A stretch of 64,000 nt of DNA, from the NCBI RefSeq assembly GCF_902713615.1, contig NW_024055490.1:715262-779261 (forward strand), given 5' to 3'. Made by a program: the position numbers and the translations under genes. Shown piece by piece: positions 26,129 to 38,634 of this stretch. Each line of letters begins with the position of its first letter. The stretch's first letter is position 1. The stretch comes from Scyliorhinus canicula. Taxonomy: Eukaryota. The notes beneath the pieces were generated by a model. It did not search any database, was not told the origin of the DNA, and saw nothing but the letters and a program-made list of their open reading frames with translations.

Positions 26129-26707
26129 AGGGAAAATGTGGGTGTGCGTGTCAGACAGAGAGAATGCGTGTGTGAAAGATTGGGTGTGTGCGTCTATCTA
26201 AATGTGTGTGTTTCGCTGTGTGTGTATGTGTGAAAGCGAATTTGTGCGTGTGTTTGTGTGAAACACATCATGTTGTGTGCAACAGAATTTCACAAAGGTT
26301 ACAGGCATCCGTCTATTTCCAATAGATACACAGCAAATACATCCACTGGGTTTGAAAGAAGTGTTGCACATGAAACTCCCAATTGTCGTTCCGGGTTGTC
26401 ATTTTCTCGGGTTGTGTCTATTTCAAAGCAGCTCAATCCACTGGTCCTGGTGGTTTACACCAGCCCACCGGAATGTCGCCATTTTTTGAGTTTTCAGATG
26501 GTGACCCCCAATTGCGATGATCAATGTTTCGGTGTAGGACCTTCATGTCACACTTAGAAGATTCCTTGAAGCGGAATATCGGGCTTCCCACTGGGATGTG
26601 GAAATTCCTTGGGCATGTGACCATCTTCCATTTAGGGACCAGACTAGAACTGTGGAAACTACCTATTTTTGATTGTTTTGAAGAGACCGAAGCTCTGTCA
26701 TTGGTCA

Positions 26708-26891
26708 GGGGCTGGTTTAGCTCACTCGGCTAAATCGCTGGCTTTTAAAGCAGACCAAGCAGGCCAGCAGCACGGTTCGATTCCCGTACCAGCCTCCCCG
26801 GACAGGCGCCGGAATGTGGCGACTAGGGGCTTTTCACAGTAACTTCATTGAAGCCTACTCGTGACAATAAGCGATTTTCATTTTCATTTCA
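26708..26891 (+). mobile_element. tRNA-Lys-like SINE, full length
   Basis: A-box/B-box head (GGTTCGATTCCCG), CTTTTAAAG anticodon-like loop, TTTTCA tail. Confidence 0.88.
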
Positions 26892-27094
26892 TTGAGAAAA
26901 CTGCCGCATGTCTGATTTTGTCCTGTTAGTAAATATCCATAATGCGACTTCCGGTAGCGGCAATGAGGAGCTAAGCCGCACATTCGGCAGCTCCCGCTGA
27001 AAACGGACTTTGGGGTTCTTTTCAGGGCCCCCAACGGAGCTGTGTTGGCAAATCCCGACGTGGGAAGAAGACAGGAGTCGACCCCAACGGTTCT

Positions 27095-27940
27095 ATGGTC
27101 CAGACCAGGAGTGGGGTAAGGAGAAAACCGGAGAAAGCACCCCTGAAAAAGCGGGGGAAGGAAGACAAAATGGCGGCCGGCGGAGGCCTTGAGGAGCTGA
27201 GGCAGTGGGCCCAGGAGCAGCAGGCGACTCTGCTGCGCTCCTTCCAGGAGCTTAAGTTGGAGCTGCTGGAGTCGCTGAAGGTAACAAACAGGGAGCTGAT
27301 GGAGACTCAGACAGCCCAGGTGGCTGCGATCCGGGAGCTGCAGAAGCAGGTCTCCGAAAGGGAGGATGAGGTCGTGTCCGTGACGGGGAAGGTGGAGATG
27401 CACGAGGCTCTCCACAAAAGATGGCAGGAGCGGTTCGAGGAGCTGGACAACCGGTCGAGGAGGAAGAATTTGCGGACCCTGGGCCTCACGGAGGGGCTGG
27501 AGGGGACGGACCTAGCGGCCTATGTGGCGGCTATGTTAAACTCACTGATGGGGGCTGGGTCCTTCCAGGGGCCCCTGGAGTTGGAGGGGGCCCACAGAAT
27601 TATGGCTAGGAGGCCCAAGCCGAACGAGCCGCCGCGGGCGGTGTCGGTGCGGTTTCATCGGTTCGTGGATCGTGAGTGTGTGCTCCGGTGGGCCAAGATG
27701 GAGCGGAGCAGCAAGTGGGAGAACACGGAGGTGCGGATCTTCCAGGACTGGGGTGCGGAGGTGGCGAGGCGGAGGGCCGGGTTTAACCGGACGAAGGCGG
27801 TTCTCCACAGACGGAGTGTGAAGTTCGGCATGTTGCAGCTGGCGCGTCTGTGGGTCACCTATCAGGATCGGCACCATTATATTGAGTCCCCGGAGGAGGC
27901 GTGGGACTTTGTGCAGGCCGAGAAATTGGACTCAAACTGA
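27095..27940 (+). CDS. L1 ORF1p (coiled coil + RRM/CTD), 281 aa
   Basis: Heptad-rich N-terminus; RSRRKNLR.LGL.EG, ELEGAHR and VRIFQD motifs typical of L1 ORF1. Confidence 0.85.
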   Translation: MVQTRSGVRRKPEKAPLKKRGKEDKMAAGGGLEELRQWAQEQQATLLRSFQELKLELLESLKVTNRELMETQTAQVAAIRELQKQVSEREDEVVSVTGKVEMHEALHKRWQERFEELDNRSRRKNLRTLGLTEGLEGTDLAAYVAAMLNSLMGAGSFQGPLELEGAHRIMARRPKPNEPPRAVSVRFHRFVDRECVLRWAKMERSSKWENTEVRIFQDWGAEVARRRAGFNRTKAVLHRRSVKFGMLQLARLWVTYQDRHHYIESPEEAWDFVQAEKLDSN

Positions 27941-28602
27941 GGGTCTAAGATGGGGGATGTTGTATGATACTGTATTTGTATTTGCTTGGTTTAATGTAAG
28001 ATGTGGGTTGGCCTTCGGGTGGGTGGGGTGATGTCGATTTGTCTTTTCTATATGGGGTTTTCTGCAGGGGTCTGGTGGATGGGTTCGGGCAGAGGGGTAA
28101 ACGGGGAGTTCGGGAGGCTGGTGGGGGGAACTGACAATGGGAGTTGTCCTGGAGGAGGCGGGGCCGGGCAGGGCGAAAGCGCGGGCTTTCTGCGGGTTTC
28201 ACGCGCTGGGAGATGGTGGGGGCGGGGTCGGGGCTGAGAAGCGCGGGTCGTTGCTATCTGTTTTCTTTTCCCGCGCAAGAGCGGGGGGGGGGGACCCGTT
28301 GACGGGTACGATGGAGAAGGGGTAGTCCCACATGGGGAGGAGTCGGAGGTAGGGCGGGAATTGCCGGGGTCAGCAGAAGTTAGCTGGCTCACAGGAGTGC
28401 TATGGAGGGAGGGGCGCGGCTAGGAGGGGTCCTAGCCTGGGGGGGGGGGCGGTGGGTGGGGGGGGGGGGTACCGGGTTGCTGCTGAAACGGTCAGGAAGG
28501 AGCTGGAGGATGCAGGGGGTGCTGGAGGGGGGGGGGGGGAGTTGCCGCAGTGGGAAACTGGCAGAGCGGAGGACGCTGGCCGGGGTGGGCAAGGGATGGG
28601 GT

Positions 28603-31600
28603 ATGGCTAATCGGCAGGGGAGGGAGGCAGGGAGCCCTCTGATCCGGCTGATAACCTGGAATGTGAGGGGGCTGAATGGGCCAGTCAAACGGGCCCTGGT
28701 ATTTGCGCACCTGAAGGGGCTGAAGGCGGATGTGGCCATGCTCCAGGAGACACAACTGAGAGTGGTGGACCAGGTTCGGCTGAGGAAGGGATGGGTGGGC
28801 CAAGTATTTCACTCAGGGCTGGATGAGAAGATTAGGGGGGGTGGCAATTCTGGTGGGGACGAAGGTGTCGTTGAATGCGGTGGCAGACAGTGGCGGGAGA
28901 TATGTGATGATGAGTGGCAAGCTGAAGGGGGAGCGGGTGGTGTTGGTGAATGTTTACGCCCCAAATTGGGATGATGTGGGGTTTATGCGGCGTATGTTGG
29001 GCCGCATTCCAGACCTGGAGGTGGGGGGCCTGATCTTGGGGGGGGGACTTCAACACGGTACAGGATCCCCCATTTGGATCAATCCAAGTCCCGGACGGAT
29101 AGGAGGCCAGCGGCGGCTAAGGTGTTGAGGGGATTTATGGACCAGATTTGGGGGGGGGGGGGGGGTGGATCCCTGGAGGTTTGCGAGGCCAAGGGCCAGG
29201 GAATACTCGTTTTACTCCCACGTACATAAGGCCTACTCGAGGATTGATTTTTTTTGTCCTGAGCAGGGGGTTGGTTTCGAGGGGGGAGGATGTGGAATAC
29301 TCCGCCATTGCCATTTCAGATCATGCCCCGCACTGGATGGACCTCGGGCTGGGGGAAGAGAGGGACCAACGTCCGCTCTGGTGCTTGGAGGTGGGGCTGC
29401 TGGCAGATGAGGAGGTGGCCGAGAGGGTTCGGGGGGGTATCGAGAGGTACCTTGAAGCCAATGACAATGGGGAGGTCCGAGTGGGGACGGTCTGGGAGGC
29501 ATTGAAGGCGGTGATGAGGGGGGAATTGATCTCCATCTGAACCCATAGGGAGAGGGGGGAGCAGAGGGAGAGGGAGAGACTGATAGGGGAGATGGTGCGG
29601 GTGGATAGGAGGTATGCGGAGGCTCCAGAGGAGGGATTGCTGGGGGAGAGCTGTAGCCTTCAGGCCAGATTTGACCTATTGACTACCAGAAAGGCGGAAA
29701 CTCAGTGGAGGAAAGCACAGGGGGCGGTGTATGAATATGTGGAGAAAGCAAGCAGGATGCTGGCACACCAGCTCCAAAAGCGGGACGCGGCCAGGGAGAT
29801 TGGGGGAGCGACAGATAAGGCTGGGAAGGTGGTGCGGAGGGGGGTAGATGTTAATGGGGTCTTCAGAGACTTCTATGGGGAACTGTACCGGTCGGAGCCC
29901 CCGGTGGAGGGGGGTGGAATGGGGCGCTTCTTCGACAAGCTGCGATTCCCGAGGGTGGAGGTGGAGCAGGTGGAGGGACTGGCTGCGCCGATCGAGCTGG
30001 AGGAGGTGGTCAAAGGGATAGGGAGCATGCAGTCGGGGAAGGCGCCGGGGCCGGACGGGTTTCCGGCGGAATTTTATATAAGGTATTTAGACCTGTTGGG
30101 CCCCCTGTTGGTCCGGAACTTTAACGAAGCAAGGGAGGGGTGGGCTTTGCCCCCAACTATGTCACGGGTGCTGATTTCCTTAATCCTGAAGCGGGACCAG
30201 GACCCTCTGCAGTGCAGGTCATATAGGCCGATTTCGCTGCTAAACGCCGACGCTAAGCTGCTGGCAAAGATCCTGGCCAGTAGAATAGAGGATTGCGTGC
30301 CTGGGGTCATTCATGAGGACCAGACGGGGTCTGTGAAGGGAAGGCAGTTGAATACGAGCGTGTGAAGGCTCCTCAATGTCATTATGATGCCGGCCATGGA
30401 AGGGGAGGCGGAGATAGTGGTGGTATTGGATGCGGAGAAGGCCTTTGATAGGGTTGAGTGGGAGTATTTGTGGGAGGTGTTGGAGAGGTTTGGGTTTGGG
30501 GAGGGGTTTATCCGGTGGGTGAGGCTGCTCTACGACGCCCCGATGGCGAGTGTAGCCACAAATAGGAGGAGGTCGGTGTACTTTCGGCTGTACCGGGGGA
30601 CGAGACAGGGGTGCCCCCTGTCCCCCTTGCTCTTCGCGTTGGCGATTGAGCCCCTGGCCATGGCATTGAGGGAGTCAGGGAACTGGAGGGACCTGGTGCG
30701 GGGTGGGGAGGAGCATTGAGTGTTGCTGTATGCGGACGACCTGTTGCTGTATGTGGCGGACCCGGTGGGGGGGATGCCGGAGGCGATGAGGATTCTTAGT
30801 GAATTCGGGGGTTTCTCTGGGTATAAGTTGAACCTGGGCAAGAGTGAGTTGTTTGTGGTGCATCCGGGGGATCAGGAGGATGGGATTGGTAGGCTCCCAC
30901 TGAAGCAGGCAGGGAAGAGCTTCAGGTACCTAGGGGTCCAAGTGGCTGGGAGTTGGGGGGCGCTGCACAAGCTCAACCTCACAAGGTTGGTGGAGCAGAT
31001 GGAGGAGGAGTTTAAGAGGTGGGATATGTTACCGCTGTCACTGGCGGGGAGGGTGCAGTCCGTTAAGATGACAGTGCTCCCGAGATTTTTGTTCCTGTTC
31101 CAGTGCCTCCCCATCCTTATCCCGAAGGCCTTTTTTAGGAGGGTCAACAGCAGTATCACGGGATTTGTGTGGGCGCATGCGACTCCGAGGGTGAGAAGAG
31201 TGTTCCTGGAACGGGGCAGGGATAGGGGGGTGCTGGCATTGCCCAACCTATGTGGGTACTATTGGGCTGCCAACACAGCAATGGTGCATTAATGGGTAAT
31301 GGACGAGAAAGGGGCAGCATGGAAGAGGATGGAGGTGGCTTCATGTGTGGGCACGAGCCTGGAGGCGCTGGTAACGGCGCCATTGCCGCTCCCTCCAACA
31401 AGGTATACCACGAGCTCGGTGGTGGCGGCTACCCTCAAAATTTAGGGGCAATGGAGACGGCACAGGGGAGAAGTGGGGGGCTCGATGGAGGCCCCGATAC
31501 GGGGGAACCATCGGTTTGTCCCAGGGAGCATTGATGGCGGATTTCTGGGCTGGCACAGGGCAGGGGTTAGGAGGTTGAGGGACCTGTTTGTGGAGGGGAG

Positions 31601-32401
31601 GTTCGCGAGCTTGGGGGAGTTTGAGGGGACGTTTGGGCTCCCCCGGGGAACATGTTTAGGTACATGCAGGTGAGGGCGTTTGCCAGGCAGCAGGTGGAGG
31701 GGTTCCACTTGCTGCCCCCACGAGGGGTGCGGGATCGGTTGCTCTCAGGTATGTGGGTTGGAGGAGGGAGGATTTCGGACATATACCGGGTGATGCAGGA
31801 GGTAAACGAGGCCTCGGTGGAGGAACTGAAGGGTAAATGGGAAGAGGAGCTGGGTGAGGAGATTGAGGAGGGGACGTGGGCGGATGCCCTGGAGAGAGTG
31901 AATTCCTCCTCTTCCTGTGCGAGGCTTATCCTCATACAGTTCAAGGTGCTGCATAGGGCCCACATGACTGGGACGAGGATGAGTAGGTTTTTCGGGGGCG
32001 AGGACAGGTGTGCTAGGTGCTCGGGGAGCCCAGCGAACCACGCCCATGTGTTTTGGGCGTGCCCAGCGCTGGGGGAGTTTTGGAAGGGGGTAGCAACGAC
32101 GGTGCCGAGGGTGGTGGGATCCAGGGTCAAGCCAGGCTGGGGACTCGCAATTTTTGGGGTTGCAGTGGAGCCGGGAGTGCAGGAGGCGATAGAGGCCGGT
32201 GTTCTGGCCTTTGCGTCCCTAGTAGCCCGGCGGAGGATCTTGCTCCAATGCAAGGATGCGCGGCCCCCAAGCGTGGAGGCCTGGATCAATGATATGGCGG
32301 GGTTCGTTAAATTGGAGAAGGTGAAATTTGCCCTGAGGGGATCAGTACAAGGGTTCTTTAGGCGGTGGCAGCTTTTCCTGGACTTCCTGGCGGAATGGTA
32401 G
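28603..32401 (+). pseudogene. L1 ORF2 (APE-RT-CCHC), broken by stops and frameshifts
   Basis: ITWNVRGLN, LQET, SDHA, PGPDG, DAEKAFDRV, QGCPLSP, YADD and C..C...H..W.C motifs occur in successive ORF pieces. In-frame TGAs lie at about 29538, 30363 and 30717, with frameshifts at G homopolymers. Confidence 0.9.
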
Positions 32402-33225
32402 GGAAATAGGCCGACAGCAGCAGCAACCCCGGGGGGGGTGGGGGGGGGGAGGGAGGGGGGGTTTTGGATCGGTGGGAGGGAGAATTGTGTACATGGGTTT
32501 GTAGGATGTGGCGGGTGTTATCTCTTTCCCGTTTGTTGTTGGGTGTTCTTTTGTTTTTTTCTTTTGTTTGTAGTTGCTTTTGAAGTTGGGTGGGTATTGT
32601 TCTTGGGTTGTTACCGCGGTTGTTTTGTTAATAGAGTTGAGATGTTTATATTTTGTAAAAAGTTCAATAAAATTTTTTTTTTTTTTTTAAATCCATAATG
32701 CATTGCGGAAAAAAGAGATGACATTGGCTGAGCTATTTTTCTTCACAGCTGTAAGTGTTACTTGTTTCTCAGACATACAACAAGGTTCTGAGAATTCAGG
32801 CCTTATAAAGCATCTGCCTGTTCCAAAGCGTCAGCTCTATGTTATTCCATGGACATATAATGAGTCAAACAAAGGCCGTGTCTGTTTTCCCCACGTCAGC
32901 ATCACATTCTACATCAAGGCAGTCTCTCACCGTGGAAACTCGGGAGCTGAATTTGCTGACCGGCTCTTATTTAGTGTGACCATGGCGAAAGTGCAACACC
33001 TTGTCCCATGGCCACGGATTTACTCATGCTTATGGTAAAGAAGAACAAGTTACAGGCACAGGGAACACAGTCCATGAGTCTCTGTGGATGATGTTTTGTT
33101 TGGATGATCGAGTTTTCAGCGTAGAGGAATTCTCTGATGAGGATGTATTGTGATTATGTCTCCGTTTTGATGACTGAGAGGTTATAGAGTTTGCAGCCTG
33201 ACCGAGTGTGCAAGTGGATTCATCC

Positions 33226-34316
33226 ATAAAGAGTTGGGATAAATGGGTGTTCCTCTGGTTGGCAATCAGTAGCTAGTGGTGTCCCTCAGGGATCCGTGTT
33301 GGGCCCACAATTGTTCACAATTTACATTGATGATTTGGAGTTGGGGACCAAGGGCAATGTGTCCAAGTTTGCAGATGACACTAAGATGAGTGGTAAAGCG
33401 AAAAGTGCAGAGGATACTGGAAGTCTGCAGAGGGATTTGGATAGGTTAAGTGAATGGGCTCGGGTCTGGCAGATGGAATACAATGTTGACAAATGTGAGG
33501 TTATCCATTTTGGTAGAAATAACAGCAAACGGGATTATTATTTAAACGATAAAATATTAAAGCATGCCGCTGTTCAGAGAGACTTAGGTGTGCTAGTGCA
33601 TGAGTCACAGAAGGTTGGTTTACAAGTGCAACAGGTGATTAAGAAGGCAAATGGAATTTTGTCCTTCATTGCTAGAGGGATGGAGTTTAAGACTAGGGAG
33701 GTTATGTTGCAATTGTATAAGGTGTTAGTGCGGCCACACCTGGAGTATTGTGTTCAGTTTTGGTCTCCTTACTTGAGAAAGGACGTACTGGCACTGGAGG
33801 GTGTGCAGAGGAGATTCACTAGGTTAATCCCAGGGCTGAAGGGGTTGGATTATGAGGAGAGGTTGAGTAGACTGGGACTGTACTCGTTGGAATTCAGAAG
33901 GATGAGGGGGGATCTTATAGAAACATTTAAAATTATGAAGGGAATAGATAGGATAGATGCGGGCAGGTTGTTTCCACTGGCGGGTGACAGCAGAACTAGG
34001 GGGCATAGCCTCAAAATAAGGGGAAGTAGATTTAGGACTGAGTTTAGGAGGAACTTCTTCACCCAAAGGGTTGTGAATCTATGGAATTCCTTGCCCAGTG
34101 AAGCAGTTGAGGCTCCTTCATTACATGTTTTTAAGGTAAAGATAGATAGTTTTTTGAAGAATAAAGGGATTAAGGGTTATGGTGTTCGGGCCGGAAAGTG
34201 GAGCTGAGTCCACAAAAGATCAGCCATGATCTAATTGAATGGAGGAGCAGGCTCGAGGGGCCAGATGGCCTACTCCTGCTCCTAGTTCTTATGTTCTTAT
34301 GTTCTTATGTTCTTAT
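33226..34316 (+). mobile_element. 5'-truncated CR1 LINE; open RT C-terminal ORF 33296-34207
   Basis: GVPQGSVLGP, FADD, VRPHLEYCVQFW motifs; 3' (TTCTTATG)n tail. Confidence 0.92.
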
Positions 34317-34969
34317 ATCCTCAGAGAAGGCGAAGAACTGCAGCATGAAGAAGAAGCTGCCGAAGAGAGTTGGGGCCAGGACACGGTCCTCTTCTACTCA
34401 ATTATCCACTTAGAATCTGTCGGAAATGAAATCATCAATCTGTACAGTGCAGTGCCTTTGCCATGGAAGAAGTGAATGAGACAGGGAAGCTTAAGCAGAC
34501 AAACAATTTTCCCCAAGTCTTATAGTCCCTGCTCTGCTGACGGTGTAAAATGTTTATTGAGATTGATGTAAGTAAGGTGAAGAGGTAGACATGTGGCAGA
34601 GGGAGCAGATCATGTCCAGAGTAAATCGTGCGTCACAAACACCGCACATTGCTTCCAGCTACATTCAGCCTGCAAGCAGGTGGAGTGTTTAAAATATGAA
34701 GCCAGCAAAGGCCTTCCCAGTGCTGCTATGAGTGAGGTATGTCAATAGTTGCTGCAGTCTCATCTGTCCACTTTGTTTTCCGATATTGGTTATGATTTTG
34801 CACCATGAATCTCCCGTGGGATGGCTTATATCTTCCAGCAGGGATGGCGAAGGCCATAAATGTTCAGAACATAGCAATTATATTCACCAATTTTCATTCA
34901 TTTATGAATATAAATAATTATACTCACCAATTGCCGTCGTTCCACAAAGATTAGTACAGTTTTAAATTG

Positions 34970-35900
34970 AGTTATACGGTGTGGGTGTCGCTGGCTGGGC
35001 CATGATGTATTGTCCATCGCTAATTGCCCTTCACAAAGAGGCGGTAAACTGTTTGTTTGAACCTCTGCAGTCACTCTGGTGTAGATATACCGACGGTGCT
35101 GTTGGGGAGGGAGTTCTCGGCTTTCCAAACAGCGACAACGAAGATTCGGCGTTTTATTTCCAAGTCAGGATAGTGAGTGATTTGGAGGGGAATTTCCAGT
35201 TGGTGATCTTCCCATGTTTAATCTGCCTTTTCTTTTTAGAAGGTTATGGTGCTGGGTATAGAAGGTGTTTCAAAGGAGACTTGATGCGTTCCTGCAGTGC
35301 ATCTTGTGGATGGTACATTATTGTCATTGTTTGTCGGTGGCGGATGGGCTGAATGTTTGCACACGGGGTGACAATCAGGCGGGCTGCTTTGGCCTGCATG
35401 GTGTCGAGCTTCTGAATATTGTTGGAGCTGCATCCATTTGGACAACTGGAGAGTATTCAATTAAACACCTGACTTGTGCCTTGCAGATGTTGAACAGGCT
35501 TTGGGCGTCAGGAAGTGAGTTACTCACCGCAGGTTTCCCAGACCCTACCCGATCTTGTAGACTCAGTATTTATACGGCCAGTCCAGTACAGTTCCTGGTG
35601 AATGGTAACCCCAGGATATTCATAATGGGGGATTCAACGATGGCAACATCAGTGAATGTCAAGGAGAAATAGTTAGGTTCGATTTTGGTGGAGATGGACA
35701 TTGTTTAGCAATGAAGGAAATCTGACATCCCTCCCTGGTCTCACCTACATGTGCCTCCAGTCGGACATAACATGTCTGCCTCTTCAGTTCCTTCTGAGCT
35801 GGCCCAGCAAACCACTCAGTTCAAGAGCAATTGGGAACAGGGATCACATGGTGGTCTTGTCAGTGAGTCCCACATTCCATGGAAGAATATGGGAAAAACT
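34970..35900 (-). mobile_element. Decayed L2/CR1-group LINE fragment
   Basis: Homologous to 23690-24330; the minus strand has an ESP.MNILG-like RT C-terminal remnant. Confidence 0.6.
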
Positions 35901-37652
35901 ACAAGAATATACATGTTGAATTGTTACTAATGGGTCCCTGGCTGATTGTCTGATTGTATTTCTATCCGTCATCACAATGTTATAAGTTGTGGGAAAGATC
36001 GCCCAGTGGTATATTGCTGCTGAGAGAGGCTAGAAAAGCAGGATAACTCTCCTTTCTTGACAGATGGGAATAGTTCACATAGGTCCACAATTTAAAACAT
36101 AAAATTATCTCCAGTACTGTTGCTGGGTAGATTTGTTTATAAATAGTCCCCATTGACAAGTTGGCTTGCAGCCAAGCGTTCAGTACTGAGAAAACAGATC
36201 TATGAAAAAAATCCAGATGTTTCCTGTAAACAACATTGAACATTCGAGCCTCCCTGACTGCAGGCGGCTGGATTGCTGCCAAATACTGTGTGGGGCAGAT
36301 TAACCTGAATATGAATGGACAAAATGGGATTTATCCATTCAAACAATAAATGTTTCAGTCTCAAATGAAGTAAAGGTTTTAAACGCTGTTCCATGCAAAT
36401 AAATATATTCACTGAATGTTTTGTTCACTATGGGATTAAACACAATCAGAAAATAGTAACCTGACCAGATGCTATTTAATTTATATTAGTTCTGAGTAAA
36501 GGTCACTATTTATTAAAGTCCTTTTGTGAAGAACCTAATGAAGTGAGAGTGAGTGGTGTTGATGGACACAATCCACAAGGTCAATAAGATGAGCAGAATT
36601 GCAAAAATATAAATTAAAATGAATTAAAAGTAATAGAACTGCCTTGAACTCGCGGGGATTCCATCAATATTCTCCGAGTTGTTGACCTCATTTAAACTTC
36701 TACCTGATTTTCAGCGTGTTGTGGACAGTTTAATTGGTGCTGATTTACATTATTTAACAGTCTCTCTCATTGCTGTCAATGAGTGGAGAAATGACCAGTT
36801 CATGACCTGCTTTAGTGGAGAATAAATATGTATTCCTGTGATATTGTGTAATATGCCGCACAGTCCTGATATCCTGTGTTCCCAACACCAGTGAATGTTA
36901 GACAGCCGGTGGTCAGTAAAATTAACGGCAATGATTTGGACGCTGAAGGATAACTTTGCTGATCGCCCTGTCCGTTCTGATTCATTAACTTCTCTGTCAA
37001 AAGCTGGTGTGAATTTTATGTTTCTCTGTCAACTCACTGCGGAATTATCAGGCAAGCGGCTTCTTCTCCCGCCGCTAATGTTCACAGGATTGTCTGAGAC
37101 TCTGGGGTAGTTTGCGAAATATAAGGAGAGACATTGTGCAATGTGAGGAGTCTCTCTTGTTTAGAGACCCATATTGTACAGTGATAGCCACCCACAATGG
37201 AGATGGAATCACTTTGTTCATTCCCGCATTTAGTTACATAAATCGTTAACAATTCATCTGATAAATGATACTTTTTTGCGGTAATGGGATACAATCCCAG
37301 AGTGTTGCAAATCTGACAGCCGATTTATTACCTAACAATATAATTTAATCTGTTTATGTTCATTCCCTTCTGTTGTAATGTAGAAATAAAGGGACTAATT
37401 TTACAATGGAATAAGTTTTTATGGCCAGATGCGTAATTGTAATGTCGTCATTAGAACCAATGAAAACATTGCAATAAACCCATTCAGCTAAACAAATATC
37501 CCGATACAGATAAATGTATATTTTAATAATAGTCTATAGTAAATCTGTGAGTCCATTCTGTTGGGGGTGTGGAAGGTGGGACGTGGATCCAGGCGCCGCC
37601 TCCACCATGGAATCAACAGGCGGCGCCTGGAAAGCCGCCCCCTTCTGCCGGG

Positions 37653-37660
37653 TATTTAAA
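37653..37660 (+). promoter_or_regulatory. TATA-like box of the VH promoter
   Basis: TATTTAAA about 92 bp upstream of the leader ATG, in a GC-rich context. No ATGCAAAT octamer is seen in the proximal promoter. Confidence 0.6.
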
Positions 37661-37751
37661 TGCCGCTCACTGGGACCCGAATCCAACAGTCCGGGAGCTG
37701 GTTTGGTCACTGAGTTCCTGACACAACCATTTCCCCCAAATGACCAGAAGG

Positions 37752-37797
37752 ATGAGATGGGCCATTTCTCTCAGTTTGTTGCTGACTTTCTTATCCC
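37752..37797 (+). CDS. IGHV: VH leader exon (MRWAISLSLLLTFLS-R)
   Basis: ATG at 37752, hydrophobic signal peptide, phase-1 donor C|GTGAGT at 37798, and a 128-bp intron ending TACAG at 37925. Confidence 0.95.
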
Positions 37798-37925
37798 GTG
37801 AGTAGTTTTTATTGTCCAAGTCTCTCACTGTTACTGTCTCAGTGTTAGTCTCTCTCTGGAATGTTCCAGAGTCACCAATCATTTCACCAGCATTAATCCT
37901 CGGGCTTTTTGATATATTTTTACAG

Positions 37926-38233
37926 GTGTCCAGTCGGAGGTTGTGTTGACTCAGCCGGAGGCAGAGACCGGGCGTCCCGGAGGCACCCTGACACTGACCT
38001 GTGAATCCAGCGGCTTCGATCTCAACAGCTACTACATGGCCTGGATCCGCCAGGTTCCCGGACAGGGGCTGGAGTGGCTGTTGAGCTACTACATTCCATC
38101 CAGCACCAACTACTACGCGCCAGGGATTCAGGGCCGATTTACTCCGTCCAAAGATACTTCAAACAACATCTTCTCTTTGGCCATGACGAACCTGAAGACC
38201 GAAGACACCGCCATCTATTACTGTGCAAGACAC
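37926..38233 (+). CDS. IGHV: VH exon ([101 protein letters not shown])
   Basis: Open frame with canonical V-set Cys, Trp (WIRQ) and YYC motifs, followed directly by an RSS. Confidence 0.97.
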
Positions 38234-38272
38234 CACAGCGAGAGGAACCAGGGCTGGACCCGCACAAGAACA
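38234..38272 (+). other. VH 3' RSS, 23-bp spacer
   Basis: CACAGCG (38234-38240) + 23 nt + ACAAGAACA (38264-38272). Confidence 0.9.
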
Positions 38273-38634
38273 GCTCGAGAGGGAATTCAGCAACTTGCAG
38301 CTTAACCTGAAGGTCAGCACTTGATTCAAATGTAATATTAATGTCAGTGATCAGAACCCGACCACGAGCCGCGTCTGACGCAACTGAGACAGACAAATGT
38401 TAGCAGTAAAACCTAACAAACCTACCGATATCAATGTGACTGTGTTTATTTGTAATGTCTCAGTTTCAGCAATTACTGACCTGAATATGATACTTGTTTT
38501 GTTATGTCTATAATTTGTAGCAGAGCTTTGTACATTGTGTTTTGTAAACGATTAATTAAATTGTAAATTAGATCAGAAGTAAACGTCTATTTGATGTGAA
38601 TATTGAACGGCAGGACTGAACAGAGAGTGAGTGC

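Larger units (their letters stand above)
26946..32690 (+). mobile_element. Full-length L1-clade (L1/Tx1-like) LINE with ORF1 open and ORF2 disrupted
   Basis: Flanked by the 11-bp TSD ATCCATAATGC (26935-26945 and 32691-32701). It has ORF1, ORF2 fragments, and a 3' AATAAA plus T/A tract. Confidence 0.93.

Noticed and set aside
19149-32289. Many 60-240 aa ORFs overlapping the CR1 and L1 elements in other frames or strands
   Set aside because: They are shadow ORFs of GC-rich LINE coding sequence.
32703-33038. 111-aa ORF with a signal-peptide-like start
   Set aside because: No domain, splice context or promoter; it begins at the L1 TSD and is likely chance.
34320-34900. Possible PIF/Harbinger transposase relic
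   Set aside because: Only a faint RK-EIINL-like similarity across frameshifts; not supportable without a profile search.
36393-36400. Perfect octamer ATGCAAAT upstream of VH
   Set aside because: It lies 1.35 kb from the ATG, and a few chance matches are expected in 64 kb (others occur near 17.26 and 57.59 kb).
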